Notes: generated by a model from the sequence alone, not told the origin. DNA of 63,146 nt, filler included, from Octopus bimaculoides (GCF_001194135.2; 7 parts of 7 records of this genome joined end to end with filler, not necessarily neighbours in it); one strand, 5' to 3'. Positions 1-11,318 are shown, counted from the first letter of the whole stretch. Made by a program: numbers and translations.

Positions 1-329
1 ATATATATGTATGTATGTATGTATAAAACATACAAAATTGTATTTATCGGCATGCATTTTATTAATTGGTATGTAAAAGTTTAAGAGTTTATGCAAGTAT
101 ACTACAAATGAATGTATACTCATACATTTGTGCCACATATGCTCATTCTCAACCCTCTTTATGCATATGGTCACATGCACACACATACATATACATACAC
201 TCACACATGTACATATACTCACATGTACATACATTCACAGACACACAAGGACATACACACAAACACATGACTTTTTAATCTTGATTTTTACATAGCAAAT
301 TAATTGAATGGCAAGAACAACAGTTACAA

Positions 330-741
330 GAATAACAATAAGAATATGAACAACAACAACAACAACAACAAATCTTGACTACAACAATAATTAAGTTGCT
401 AACATTCTTCGCTTTCTGCCACTAAAATACAAAAAAAAAATAAAGAAAAAGAAAAACAAACTAAATATAACAATCTAGCAACAGCAACAATAACAATAAC
501 AATAATGATAACAACAACAATAATAATAATAAGGAGTAGCAGAAGAAGAAGTAGAAGAAGAAGAAGAAGAAGTAGAAGAATGATGATGATGATGATGACA
601 TAATAATAAAATAATAATAAGAAGAATGATGACGATATAACAATAATAATAATGATAATAATAGTGATAATAATATAAATGATGATGATGGTGATGATGA
701 TGATGATAAAAATAACAACTACAACAACAACAGTAGTATTA

Positions 742-776
<35 letters not shown>

Positions 777-800
777 AATATCACTAATAACTGCAGTGGC
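330..800. repeat. Compound trinucleotide microsatellite (AAC/AAT/AAG/GAT)
   Basis: Consecutive runs of caa, taa, gaa and gat. These explain the poly-I/L/S ORFs at 399-940. Confidence 0.95.
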
Positions 801-1169
801 CAGCAAATAAGAGACATAAGTAACTTAAAAGATAATTGACAAAAATAAAGAGCAACAAAAATAAAATTTACAGCAACAACAGCAATAACAACATGTAAAA
901 CAGATACAAGAGAAATAGAAACAATAACAAAGAGCAACATCGGAGAATAAAAGTTTACAACAACATCAAATGCAACAACAGAATAAGAAAGAAAACGAAG
1001 AAAACATTAGCACCAGCAGAAGGAACCTTATGAGAAGATACGAATGTGGCTACTTGATCTCAGCTAGAAATATCAGCCAAATCTCCCTCAAGTCATACTC
1101 TAACAAAAAGAGGAAGGCCACATTACATAGCATAGTTGATAAATAAAATTAGGTGTGTGTTTAAGAATT

Positions 1170-1266
1170 TCAATTTTTGCAAGTGATTTTGGATTCATTC
1201 CCATGGTATGCCACATTGGGTAAGTGTTTTTTCACTACAGCCCTAGGCAAATGGAAAACTTGTGAG

Positions 1267-1313
<47 letters not shown>

Positions 1314-1557
1314 ATCCAATGCTGCTGGACTGGCTCCTGTGCAGGTGGCAAGTAAAATACACCATTTAAAGTGTGGCCGTTGCCAGTACTGCCTGACTGG
1401 CCTTTGTGCCGGTGGTGCGTAAAAGCACCCACTACACTCTTGGAGTGGTTGGCGTTAGGAAGGGCATCCAGCTGTAGAAACTCTGCCAAATCAGATTGGA
1501 GCCTGGTGTAGCCATCTGGCTCACCAGTCCTCAGTCAAATCATCCAACCCATGCTAG
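1170..1557 (+). mobile_element. SINE family C: degenerate tRNA-like head, (TA)n(TG)n spacer, body with GGCGTTAGGAAGGGCATCCAGCTGTAGAAAC motif, 3'-truncated
   Basis: Body matches the copies at 8276-8545 and 57101-57373 in reverse complement. Head resembles the family A head. It stops at CATGCTAG, before the (GAT)n tail seen in the 57.1 kb copy. The motif resembles the V-SINE central domain as I recall it (unverified). Confidence 0.8.
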
Positions 1558-1561
1558 AAAA

Positions 1562-2032
1562 TATAAGGATGCAGATAATGCTTCAAAAGCCAGCTGTAGA
1601 TGATGTTTCCTGGGGCTAAATAACAGAAGCATTTGTCCTAATCTGGACTGTCACATTATGTTGGCAAACAATCTTTACTCTAAAGTACTGTTACTGAATG
1701 TTTCTCATTCAGAGATATAGAATAATAATTTTTCTATTTATGAGATCAGTGACAGTGTATCACTTTGAAAAGTATATATTTTGAACAAGAATTTAGTGTT
1801 GCCATCTCTAGCCGAAAAATTATTCTGTGCTGATGAAGAGAAATAACTCAGAAAACATTGGTATACAGATATTGCTTTGGGCTGAGTGGGGAGACTAAGC
1901 TCCCTTGTTTGAAACTATAAGGATGCAGATAGTGCATCAATAGCTAACTGAAGATGATGTTTCTTGGGGTTAAGTAACAGTAACATTTGTCCTAATCAAG
2001 ACTACCACATTATGTTGCCAAATAATCTATAC
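1562..2032 (+). repeat. Diverged direct repeat, 354-nt period (copies 1562-1678 and 1916-2032), probably Penelope-like
   Basis: Hand alignment is ungapped with 99/117 identities. A CTGATGA...GAAA motif lies between the copies. Confidence 0.8.
1824..1869 (+). ncRNA. Type I hammerhead ribozyme-like motif (degenerate)
   Basis: Helix I TCTGTG(1824-29)/TACAGA(1864-69); core CTGATGA(1830-36); helix II GAG/CTC with an A-A mismatch at its base; GAAA(1851-54); short helix III AC/GT; GTA cleavage triplet(1861-63). Confidence 0.45.
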
Positions 2033-2055
2033 ACATAATTATATTGTTAATATCA

Positions 2056-2268
2056 GTTTCAACTTTCAGTAGAAGATCAACAGTTTCAGAGAAGGGGGTA
2101 AGTTGATTACATTGACTCCCAATGGTCAACTGATCATTATTTTATCAACCCCAAAAGGATGAAAAGCAAAATTGACTTCCACGGAATTTGAACTCAGAGC
2201 GTAAAGACAGACGAAATTCTGCTAAGCATTTTACTCAGCACAGTAACAATTCTGCTAGCTTGTCACCC
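2056..2268 (-). mobile_element. SINE family B copy with 20-nt flanking direct repeat
   Basis: Contains ...ggatgaaaagcaaaattgac...gaatttgaactcag...gctaagcatt as in other B copies. Flanked by identical TAATTATATTGTTAATATCA at 2036-2055 and 2269-2288. Confidence 0.85.
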
Positions 2269-2465
2269 TAATTATATTGTTAATATCATAATTATATTGT
2301 TAATGTCATAACATACATTGTTAATATCACAATTATATTGTTAATATCATCATTATGTATTTTAAAGTCATCATTATGTATTGTTAAAGTAATAATATAT
2401 CTTGTTAATGTCATAATTATATATTGTTAATGTCATCATTATATTGTCAATATTGAATATATTTT
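2269..2465. repeat. AT-rich minisatellite, about 20-21 nt unit (TAATTATATTGTTAATATCA), roughly 9-10 decaying copies
   Basis: Recurring attatattgttaat(a/g)tca units. Confidence 0.85.
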
Positions 2466-2726
2466 ATTAATTTATATTACAACTATTGTCAGTCACATTT
2501 ACATCTTAATTAAGCTAATCTGAGATTCTCTATGTGGTTGCTCAGTTACTAGAAAGAGCAGCTATAGCTACCTCATATGACACCCCATTATTGTATTAAC
2601 CATCTTTATTACCTGCTCGAGACCACACTTGGTTCTGTGATACAAACTTCCTGCTTTAAAGGGGTCAAAATTAAAACCTTCTCTCAAAATCCTGAGTTAA
2701 TTTGTTTGCAAACTCTAGATTAATAA

Positions 2727-2995
2727 TACTCTTTTTTACTTTTCTACTTGTTTCAGTCAGTTGACTGTGGCCATGCTGGAGCACCACTTTAAGTCGAGCA
2801 AATCGACCCCTGGACTTATTCCTTGTAAGCCTAGTACTTATCCTATCGGTCTCTTTTGCCGAACCGCTAAGTTACGGGGACGTGAAGTGATGTTGGGGGG
2901 ACAAACACAGACACGCAAACATATACACACACATACGTACATATATACATATATACGATGGGCTTCTTTCAGTTTCTGTCTACCAAATCCACTCA
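2727..2995 (-). mobile_element. SINE family A copy, head truncated
   Basis: Reverse complement of the body (ccgatagaataagtactaggcttac...gctccagcatggccacagtc...gactgaaacaagt) plus the distal part of the head (gtgagtggatttggtagac). Confidence 0.9.
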
Positions 2996-3171
2996 TCACC
3001 ACCTTTCGACATTGTTGAGCAACCAATCCCAACTAGTCAGGATTCACAGTACAGGATGTACTATTCATACTTTCAAATGCTGAATACAAGACCTGACTCA
3101 TGAGACCTCCATGCTGGTGCGATTTTCCTGAGTCCTCATCTCACCCTTGTTCATCAATCCATCACAAAGTT

Positions 3172-3304
3172 ACTCGTTTACAGCTGAGCAGACTAGAACA
3201 ATGTGAAATGAAGTGTTTTGTTCAAGAACACAACAAACAACTTGTCTGGGAATCCAAGCCATGATCTCACAATTGCGAGTACAACACCCTAACCAGTAGA
3301 CCAG
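3172..3304 (-). mobile_element. SINE family D head (tRNA-like A/B boxes plus start of body)
   Basis: Minus strand reads TGGTCTACTGG (A box)...GGCTTGGATTCC (B box)...gtgttcttgaacaaaacacttcatttcac. It overlaps in sequence with the 39.2 kb fragment. Confidence 0.7.
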
Positions 3305-3432
3305 GGTCATACTATGGACTCTGTTTAACCATCATTCTTAGCAAGATCAAAATAGTGTTTTTACAAAATTTAGAAAAATTGATGGCATCTATTTAAAGTT
3401 AAAGCTTCTAGCCATGAAGTTTATGTAATATT

Positions 3433-3828
3433 GCTTTCAAACTTTGGCACAAGGCCAGCAAGCTTGGGAGATGGGATGTTGACTCCTCTGCTCAACAGTT
3501 TCTTATTTTATCGACTCCAGGAGGATGAAAAGCAAAACTGACCTCAGTAGAATTTGAACTCAGAATGTAAAGACAGACAAAATGCTGCTAAACATTTTGC
3601 CTGGAATACTGATTCTTATTTCTCTAGTGCCCACAAGGGGCTACACAGAGAGGGGACAAACAAGCACAAATGGATTAAGTTGATTATATCAACCCCAGTG
3701 TGTAACTGGTACTTATTTAATTGACCCTGAAAGGATGAAAGGCAAAGTCGACCTTGGCAGAGTTTGAACTCAGAACATAGCAGCAGATGAAATACTTCTA
3801 AGCATTTTGCCCAGCCAGCTTGTCACCT
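3433..3828 (-). mobile_element. Two nested family B SINEs (insert 3617-3813 inside host 3433-3616 + 3814-3828)
   Basis: Host breaks at GATTCT(3616) and resumes at GCCAGC(3814), rebuilding the gattctgccagc seen in intact copies. Confidence 0.75.
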
Positions 3829-3862
3829 TTAAAGTTAGTGATTCAAAGTTAATGCAATATTT

Positions 3863-4110
3863 GTTTTAAATTTTGGCACAAAACCAGAAAGTTCAGGAAA
3901 GGGGGTAAGTGTTGATTACATTGACCCCAGTGCTTAACAGGTACTTATTTCATCAACCTCAAGAGAATGAAAGGCAGAGTTTGAACTCAGCAGAGTTTGA
4001 ACTCAGCGGAGTTTGAACTCAGCAGAATTTGAACTCAGAATGTAAAGATGAATGAAAGGCAGCTAAGCATTTTGCCTGGTGTGCTAACAATTCTACTAGC
4101 TTGTTGCCTT
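3863..4110 (-). mobile_element. SINE family B copy with fourfold tandem B-box segment
   Basis: Family B motifs, with the 16-mer GCAGAGTTTGAACTCA repeated 4 times at 3974-4037. Confidence 0.85.
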
Positions 4111-4119
4111 CAAAACTTA

Positions 4120-4726
4120 TGTAATTTTGCTGTAATGTCTCACTTTTTGAGGACCTGCTTCACGAGATCCTGGGCTTATGAGTTTTATTTTTCAAATACA
4201 AGATTCAAGTTTTGAATCAAGGGCAAAAGTTTCTACTACCATAACAAATGCTTCTGTGTGTTACCGAAAAGTTTATAGAGAGTTTATAATTTACCGAGAG
4301 TTTATAGAAGTTTATAGAGAGCGACAAAAGCTTCTTCTAAGCGAACAACTCCAGACTTGTTTTTTAAAAAGAAATCTACAAGTCCGTCTATGAGTGCTTG
4401 TGAATCGGCGATGGCATCTACAAGTGATGGTGTATGTGAGTCTAGTGTGAGAGAAGGTGATTTAGAAAACGATAACAATAATATTTTCTATTATAAATGA
4501 TCATGACATTCCTTTTATTTTCCATGAAGTATTCTTCACTTTCTACTGTTGTTTTAGTGCCATTTATTTACTAGTATTATAAATTTTATAGGTAAAATAT
4601 TTTTCTAAGAATGAATTACGATTTATAGCATTGCTACTATGGGAAATTATTGCTCTGCTTTACAAGTTGTTGCTTTACGAGTGGTCTCCAGGAATAAATT
4701 AACTCGAATATCAAGGCATTACTGTA
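4120..4726 (+). mobile_element. Tigger/pogo-like DNA transposon, 3' remnant
   Basis: Translates as DSSFESRAKVSTTITNASVCYRKVYRE..RQK..QT.FFKK, resembling Tigger transposase C-termini (FERS..V...I.N...CYREI.RE.K..QT...FKK). Ends ...CTCGAATATCAAGGCATTACTG(4724) then TA, a Tigger-type terminal inverted repeat plus target site. Confidence 0.7.
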
Positions 4727-6751
4727 CATACTAAATCTTTTATCTATCATCGCATACTTTATCTTATCCTAAGGTTAGTGGAGATAAAATAAACATGAAT
4801 TGAATGTGCTGAAGTAGACAAGAAGACTAACCCTCCCATCATTATAAGAGATAGATTTAGATTTAATATAGGGAAGTTTATCATTTTAAATACTAAATGT
4901 TACTAAATTTCTAATTTATGAGCTCTAAATTTACTTGAATATTAACTATTAAGGATTTTAGTGTTTAAAATAAACTGAACATATGCAAAGATAACAAATT
5001 ATAATAAAAATCAAAGGAAAAAGGGAAGTACAATATACATACATGCATACATACAAACATACGTACATAGATACATACATAGATACAGACATACATACAA
5101 GCATACAAACACACATACACACAAATATACATACCTACACACACATACTTACATAAATACGTACACACACATACATACATACATACATACATATAAATAC
5201 ATGCACACACATACACATATATACATACACACACATACATACATACACACATATACATACATACATACATATATACATACATACATATACATGCATGTGT
5301 TGTTGTATGTAGATATATATATTTACTTATACAAAACAGTTTACAAAAATATCTGAATTTGCAAAATTATCAAACCTACATTAAAAAGCAAAAACAAAAA
5401 CAAAAATTAAAAAAAGAAAAAATTATAAGAGTATCAGAAAACGAAAAATTTTAAAAAACAATATACATAATATATTTTTTCTATAATAAGAAAAGATTTT
5501 TCAAAATGAGATTTATAACATAAATAAATTCCTTCGCACATCAAAGATCTCAATTGGAAAAAAGTAAATAAATAAATAAATAAATAAAATTAAGTTGTTG
5601 CCTTTGGTTGTTATTGTTTTTCTTTATATTTTGTTTATATTTGTTTTTCTTCTGTTTTCTTTTAATTTCTTTTCATTTTTGTTTCTACTTTTGTATTTGT
5701 TCTGGAGCAATTTATCAGGATGGTGCTGATGGCAGATATGATGGTGGTGAGGGTTGGGGGGTTTGAGAGTTGGGGGTTCGGGGTTTGGCGGTTGAGAGGG
5801 TGGGGGTAGAATATTTATCTTTTGAGTTGTTATGTCTATTCTAAAGCTTTTCTATAAATAGATTCTCTCCAAGAAATATACACGAACTCCACACCACCTC
5901 AACAGCAACAACAATAACAACAACAATGAAAAAAAAAAACAATAGCCATCGTAATCTCAACAACGGGACCTACAAAAGCAACAACGACAATAACAAGTAG
6001 AGTGAATCCCATGGTCATTACTATCTTTCTCCTCCTTCCCCTCCTCATCATCACCACCACCATCATCATCATTACCATCATCATAATCATCATCATAATC
6101 ATTATCATGATCATCATCCCCCACCACCATTGTCTTCCTCCTCCCTCACATCCTCCTTCTTAATACTACCACCACCACCACTACATCATTGTCATCATCC
6201 TCATCATCACCATCACGTCATCGTCATCATCATCATCATCAACAGCAGCAAAAACAAATACAATAGCCTCCATAAAAAGAAAAGCTTTGTGGTATGGTTT
6301 TTACAGAATTACATGGCCTGGTTCTCATATAAACTAATTAATGAATTTTAAACATTTTATCAATCAAATTTTTAATTATTTTCACATATTTACAAACATA
6401 AACATACATATTCACACAGTTAAAAGGTATGAATATGTGAATTAATATTTGTATATATATGCTATGCATGAATAATGTATGTATATATATATCTATTATA
6501 TTTATCTTATATTTATTATATTTATCTTGCTTTCTCCTCTCTCTGTCTCTCTCTGTCTCTGTCTCTGTCTCACTCTCTCTCTATCTATCTGTCTATCTAT
6601 ATAGTAATAATGATAATAATAATAATCTCCTGCATAGTTGGATGTGTCCAGTCAATCGAGGAATATGGACTATGATTGTAAGAAACATGTGATTTGTGGA
6701 AACATGCGTAGTGATGCATTAAAATATTTATAAATTCCATTTCCATCCATG

Positions 6752-6762
6752 GGTTATTATTA

Positions 6763-6829
<67 letters not shown>

Positions 6830-6901
6830 TATTATTATTATTTTTTTTTTTTTTATCATTATTATTATCATCATCATTATTTTTATTATTATTATTATTA
6901 C

Positions 6902-6939
<38 letters not shown>

Positions 6940-6940
6940 T
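6752..6940. repeat. (TAT)n microsatellite
   Basis: Long tattat run; source of the poly-Y ORF. Confidence 0.95.
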
Positions 6941-7379
6941 TATCCTACACTATATCAACACAGCTTTGTGTGACCCAAAATACTGGTATTGCCTGTTTTC
7001 AGCATTGGGCTGAAGCTGGCATAGTAAAATAGCAGCTTTTATATGTATATTCAAAAACGTTTCCCTTAAACTAACTTAAAGGATATGTGTGTGTGTGTGT
7101 GTTTATGTGTCCATGTCTGTGTGTTGTTACATGGATTTATAAGAATCAAGGCATATTCACTTGCTGCATGCCAAAAATGGCTAGGTACGATGACATAGAG
7201 CTCCCACTGAAATGCATCTGGCATTGGTGGGATACTGAAGATAAGTAAATACCAAATCCAATTTAACCCAAAGATCTGACTCAGGGGTGTGTCCTTGGTG
7301 TAGCATGGTTATAAAAAGTAAGCACTCTTTGTATTTGCTTCAATATGTGAAGTTATTAATCTAGACATGTTTTTTTTCC

Positions 7380-7545
7380 TCTCCATTTCTTTCTTTTCTC
7401 ATTCTTTTCTGGAGAAGAGCATAGGCTTGAAACTTCAAAGAATTCATTAATTTTTCCTGAGTGTCAAAGTAAAAAATAATGCACCTTGTTTGTTGTTCCT
7501 TCACCTGCCTCTGTTTTTTTGCTTTTTGTTTTCAGTACAATTCTG
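7380..7545 (+). mobile_element. Penelope-like terminal fragment with decayed hammerhead-like motif (7405-7440)
   Basis: Similar to the reverse complement of 24360-24530: ctgga/gaagagc.tagg.t.gaaac.t.aaaga...tgtttgttgt...cacctg.ct. Confidence 0.5.
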
Positions 7546-7547
7546 AA

Positions 7548-7588
<41 letters not shown>

Positions 7589-8201
7589 TATGTTAATATG
7601 GATGTATGTATGCATGCGTGAATACAAAATTATATGTATGCCTGTCTATATGTACTTGTATAGCAATTTGCATACTTGGAAGAATCTGTATGTACATATT
7701 TGTATGTATATATCTACATATATATGTGTGTGTATGTTTGCATGTGTGTGTGTGTGTTATTATGTATATATGCTTGCATGTATGCATGTATGTATGTTGG
7801 GTTGTATATAGATATGTATGTTTATATACTTGTATATACATATGTTTCCCTGGCATAATCTGCTGGTTTCAGCCTTCACATGCAGACAGAAACAAGCCCT
7901 CACTCACTGAAGGTTTGAGACCTGGCAGCTTCCCTCACTTGAAGAAGACATTGCCAAGGGTGTGGCCTCTGTTGCATGCAGACTGCAGGTGAGAGCTGGG
8001 TGTCAGGTGTGGTCCAAAGCAGACAAGCTACTCTGAAGAACACCACACACTCCCATGTCAGAGATGCTAACCCACTCAGACCCACCCATGCACATCATAA
8101 GTGTGCATGCTTGTATGTAAATTTATCTACGTATAGGTACACTATTTTTATGTGTGTGTACATGTATAACAATATGTATGTACATATATGTTTGTGTGTG
8201 T

Positions 8202-8275
<74 letters not shown>

Positions 8276-8278
<3 letters not shown>

Positions 8279-8545
8279 ATCATTGTCGTCATCATTTATT
8301 GTCCATTTTCCATGCTGGCTGGGTTGGACGTTTTAACTTAGGACTGGCAAGATTTCTACAGCTAGATGCTCTTTTATTACGTCAACCATTCTGAGAGTAT
8401 AGTGGGTGCTTTTTATGTGCCACTAGCACTGAAACCAGTCGGGCAGTACTGGCATCGACCATGGTTGAATGGTGCTTTTTATGTATCACTCAGGTGGCAC
8501 CGGCATCATCCACACTCGAATGATGCTTTTTACGTGAGCCACTCA
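8276..8545 (-). mobile_element. SINE family C body with internal repeats
   Basis: catcatt...ttccatgct...gggttggacg...ttctacagcta/gatgc...gggtgcttttta.gtgcca, and three atggtgctttt(t)a.gt units. Confidence 0.8.
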
Positions 8546-8562
8546 GGCAACACTATATATAT

Positions 8563-9018
8563 AGGTGCAGGCATTGTTGTGTGGGAAGAAGGTTGCTTCC
8601 CAACCACATAGTTCCAGGTTCAGTCCCACTGCATGGCACCTTGGATCAGTGTCTTCTACTATAGCCTTGGGCTGACCAAAGTCTTGTGAGTGGGCTTGGT
8701 AGATAGTAACTTGAAGAAGCCCATCATATATGTGTGTGTGTGTGTTTCTATGTATGTGTGTGTGTTTGCTTGTATGTGTGCATGTGTTTGTATCTGTGTT
8801 CGTACCTTGCCAACACTTGACAACTTGTGTTGATGCATTAACCTCCCCGTAACCTAGCAGTTTGGCTAAAGAAACAGGTAGAATAAGTACCAGGCTTAAA
8901 TAAATAAATAAATAAATAAATAACTATTAGGGTCGATTCGTTCAATTAAAATTATTGAAGCTGGTGCCCCAGCATGGCCACAGTCTAATGACTGAAACAA
9001 GTAAAAGATAAAAGATAA
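8563..9018 (+). mobile_element. SINE family A, near full length (older copy)
   Basis: tRNA-like head with GGTTCAGTCCC B box, (TG)n spacer, body and ATGACTGAAACAAGTAAAAGATAAAAGAT tail. Confidence 0.9.
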
Positions 9019-9850
9019 ACGATATGAATGTTTATGTTTTTTTATAGTTGTTTGCATGGATAAATTGTATTTGTATGGATAAATGTATGCATAGAAGCTG
9101 GCTAACTATCTGTCTATTTATTTATATATCTACCTTTTCCTTTGTCTTGCTATTTATGAGGTGTTGTAAGAATTTCAATATTTATGTGTGTGTTTGCATG
9201 TGTTTGTGTGCGCATTTACAAAATATGCAAACGCGTACATGCACATGCATAGAAATATAGCTATATATATATATATATATANNNNNNNNNNNNNNNNNNN
9301 NNNNNNNNNNNNNNNNNNNNNNNNNNNNNNNNNNNNNNNNNNNNNNNNNNNNNNNNNNNNNNNNNNNNNNNNNNNNNNNNNNNNNNNNNNNNNNNNNNNN
9401 NNNNNNNNNNNNNNNNNNNNNNNNNNNNNNNNNNNNNNNNNNNNNNNNNNNNNNNNNNNNNNNNNNNNNNNNNNNNNNNNNNNNNNNNNNNNNNNNNNNN
9501 NNNNNNNNNNNNNNNNNNNNNNNNNNNNNNNNNNNNNNNNNNNNNNNNNNNNNNNNNNNNNNNNNNNNNNNNNNNNNNNNNNNNNNNNNNNNNNNNNNNN
9601 NNNNNNNNNNNNNNNNNNNNNNNNNNNNNNNNNNNNNNNNNNNNNNNNNNNNNNNNNNNNNNNNNNNNNNNNNNNNNNNNNNNNNNNNNNNNNNNNNNNN
9701 NNNNNNNNNNNNNNNNNNNNNNNNNNNNNNNNNNNNNNNNNNNNNNNNNNNNNNNNNNNNNNNNNNNNNNNNNNNNNNNNNNNNNNNNNNNNNNNNNNNN
9801 NNNNNNNNNNNNNNNNNNNNNNNNNNNNNNNNNNNNNNNNNNNNNNNNNN

Positions 9851-9884
<34 letters not shown>

Positions 9885-9906
9885 AATGCACATACACACC
9901 TTTCAT

Positions 9907-10125
9907 GTCTTTTACCTTTTATTTGTTTCAGTCATTGAACTGTGGCCATGCTGTGGCACTGCCCTGAGGGGTTTAGTCAAACAAATATCAATCCCAGTAC
10001 TATTATATATATTTTTTAATGTCTGGCACTTATTCCATCGATCTTTTTTTACCAAACTGTTAGCTTTTGGGGACATAAAAAAACCAACACCGGTTGTCAA
10101 GCAGTAGTGGTGGGAACAAACAGGA
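9907..10125 (-). mobile_element. SINE family A body
   Basis: tttgtttcagtcatt..actgtggccatgctg...ccaacaccggttgtcaagc. Confidence 0.8.
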
Positions 10126-11270
10126 AAATGGACATACACATACATTATATGTGTATATATATGTATATATATATGTGTGTGCATGTGTGTGTATATGTAT
10201 ATATATATCTATATATATATGCATATATATATATATNNNNNNNNNNNNNNNNNNNNNNNNNNNNNNNNNNNNNNNNNNNNNNNNNNNNNNNNNNNNNNNN
10301 NNNNNNNNNNNNNNNNNNNNNNNNNNNNNNNNNNNNNNNNNNNNNNNNNNNNNNNNNNNNNNNNNNNNNNNNNNNNNNNNNNNNNNNNNNNNNNNNNNNN
10401 NNNNNNNNNNNNNNNNNNNNNNNNNNNNNNNNNNNNNNNNNNNNNNNNNNNNNNNNNNNNNNNNNNNNNNNNNNNNNNNNNNNNNNNNNNNNNNNNNNNN
10501 NNNNNNNNNNNNNNNNNNNNNNNNNNNNNNNNNNNNNNNNNNNNNNNNNNNNNNNNNNNNNNNNNNNNNNNNNNNNNNNNNNNNNNNNNNNNNNNNNNNN
10601 NNNNNNNNNNNNNNNNNNNNNNNNNNNNNNNNNNNNNNNNNNNNNNNNNNNNNNNNNNNNNNNNNNNNNNNNNNNNNNNNNNNNNNNNNNNNNNNNNNNN
10701 NNNNNNNNNNNNNNNNNNNNNNNNNNNNNNNNNNNNNNNNNNNNNNNNNNNNNNNNNNNNNNNNNNNNNNNNNNNNNNNNNNNNNNNNNNNNNNNNNNNN
10801 NNNNNNNNNNNNNNNNNNNNNNNNNNNNNNNNNNNNNNNNNNNNNNNNNNNNNNNNNNNNNNNNNNNNNNNNNNNNNNNNNNNNNNNNNNNNNNNNNNNN
10901 NNNNNNNNNNNNNNNNNNNNNNNNNNNNNNNNNNNNNNNNNNNNNNNNNNNNNNNNNNNNNNNNNNNNNNNNNNNNNNNNNNNNNNNNNNNNNNNNNNNN
11001 NNNNNNTTTACTTTGTAAACTAAAATATTTCATTCCCAGTCAATTGTTACGCCCATTTACAACATTTCTCAATTAAATTCTTTAATTTTGCTTGCTGATT
11101 TTATTTACTTGGTAGTTTGAAAATTATTTTCAGATGGTATTTACATTTTTTTTCTGTTTCTTTTCTTCTTCCATTTTTAGGTTAGCTTTATTTTTTGCTT
11201 CTACTTCATCTTGTTTGTTGCTTTCTGAAGATAATTTCTTGCTGTGTGTGTGTGTGCATGCACATGTATA

Positions 11271-11318
<48 letters not shown>

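Noticed and set aside
7873-7988. GC-richer 116-nt segment with CAG acceptor and CAG|GTGAGA donor
   Set aside because: The peptide is unrecognised and the segment sits between microsatellites, looking like an unclassified repeat fragment.
9175-11076. Long ORFs of 200-430 aa in the track (also at 47.0-47.9, 50.1-50.8, 52.3-53.6 and 61.1-62.2 kb)
   Set aside because: They are long only because they run through N gaps; the real residues are microsatellite or SINE translations.
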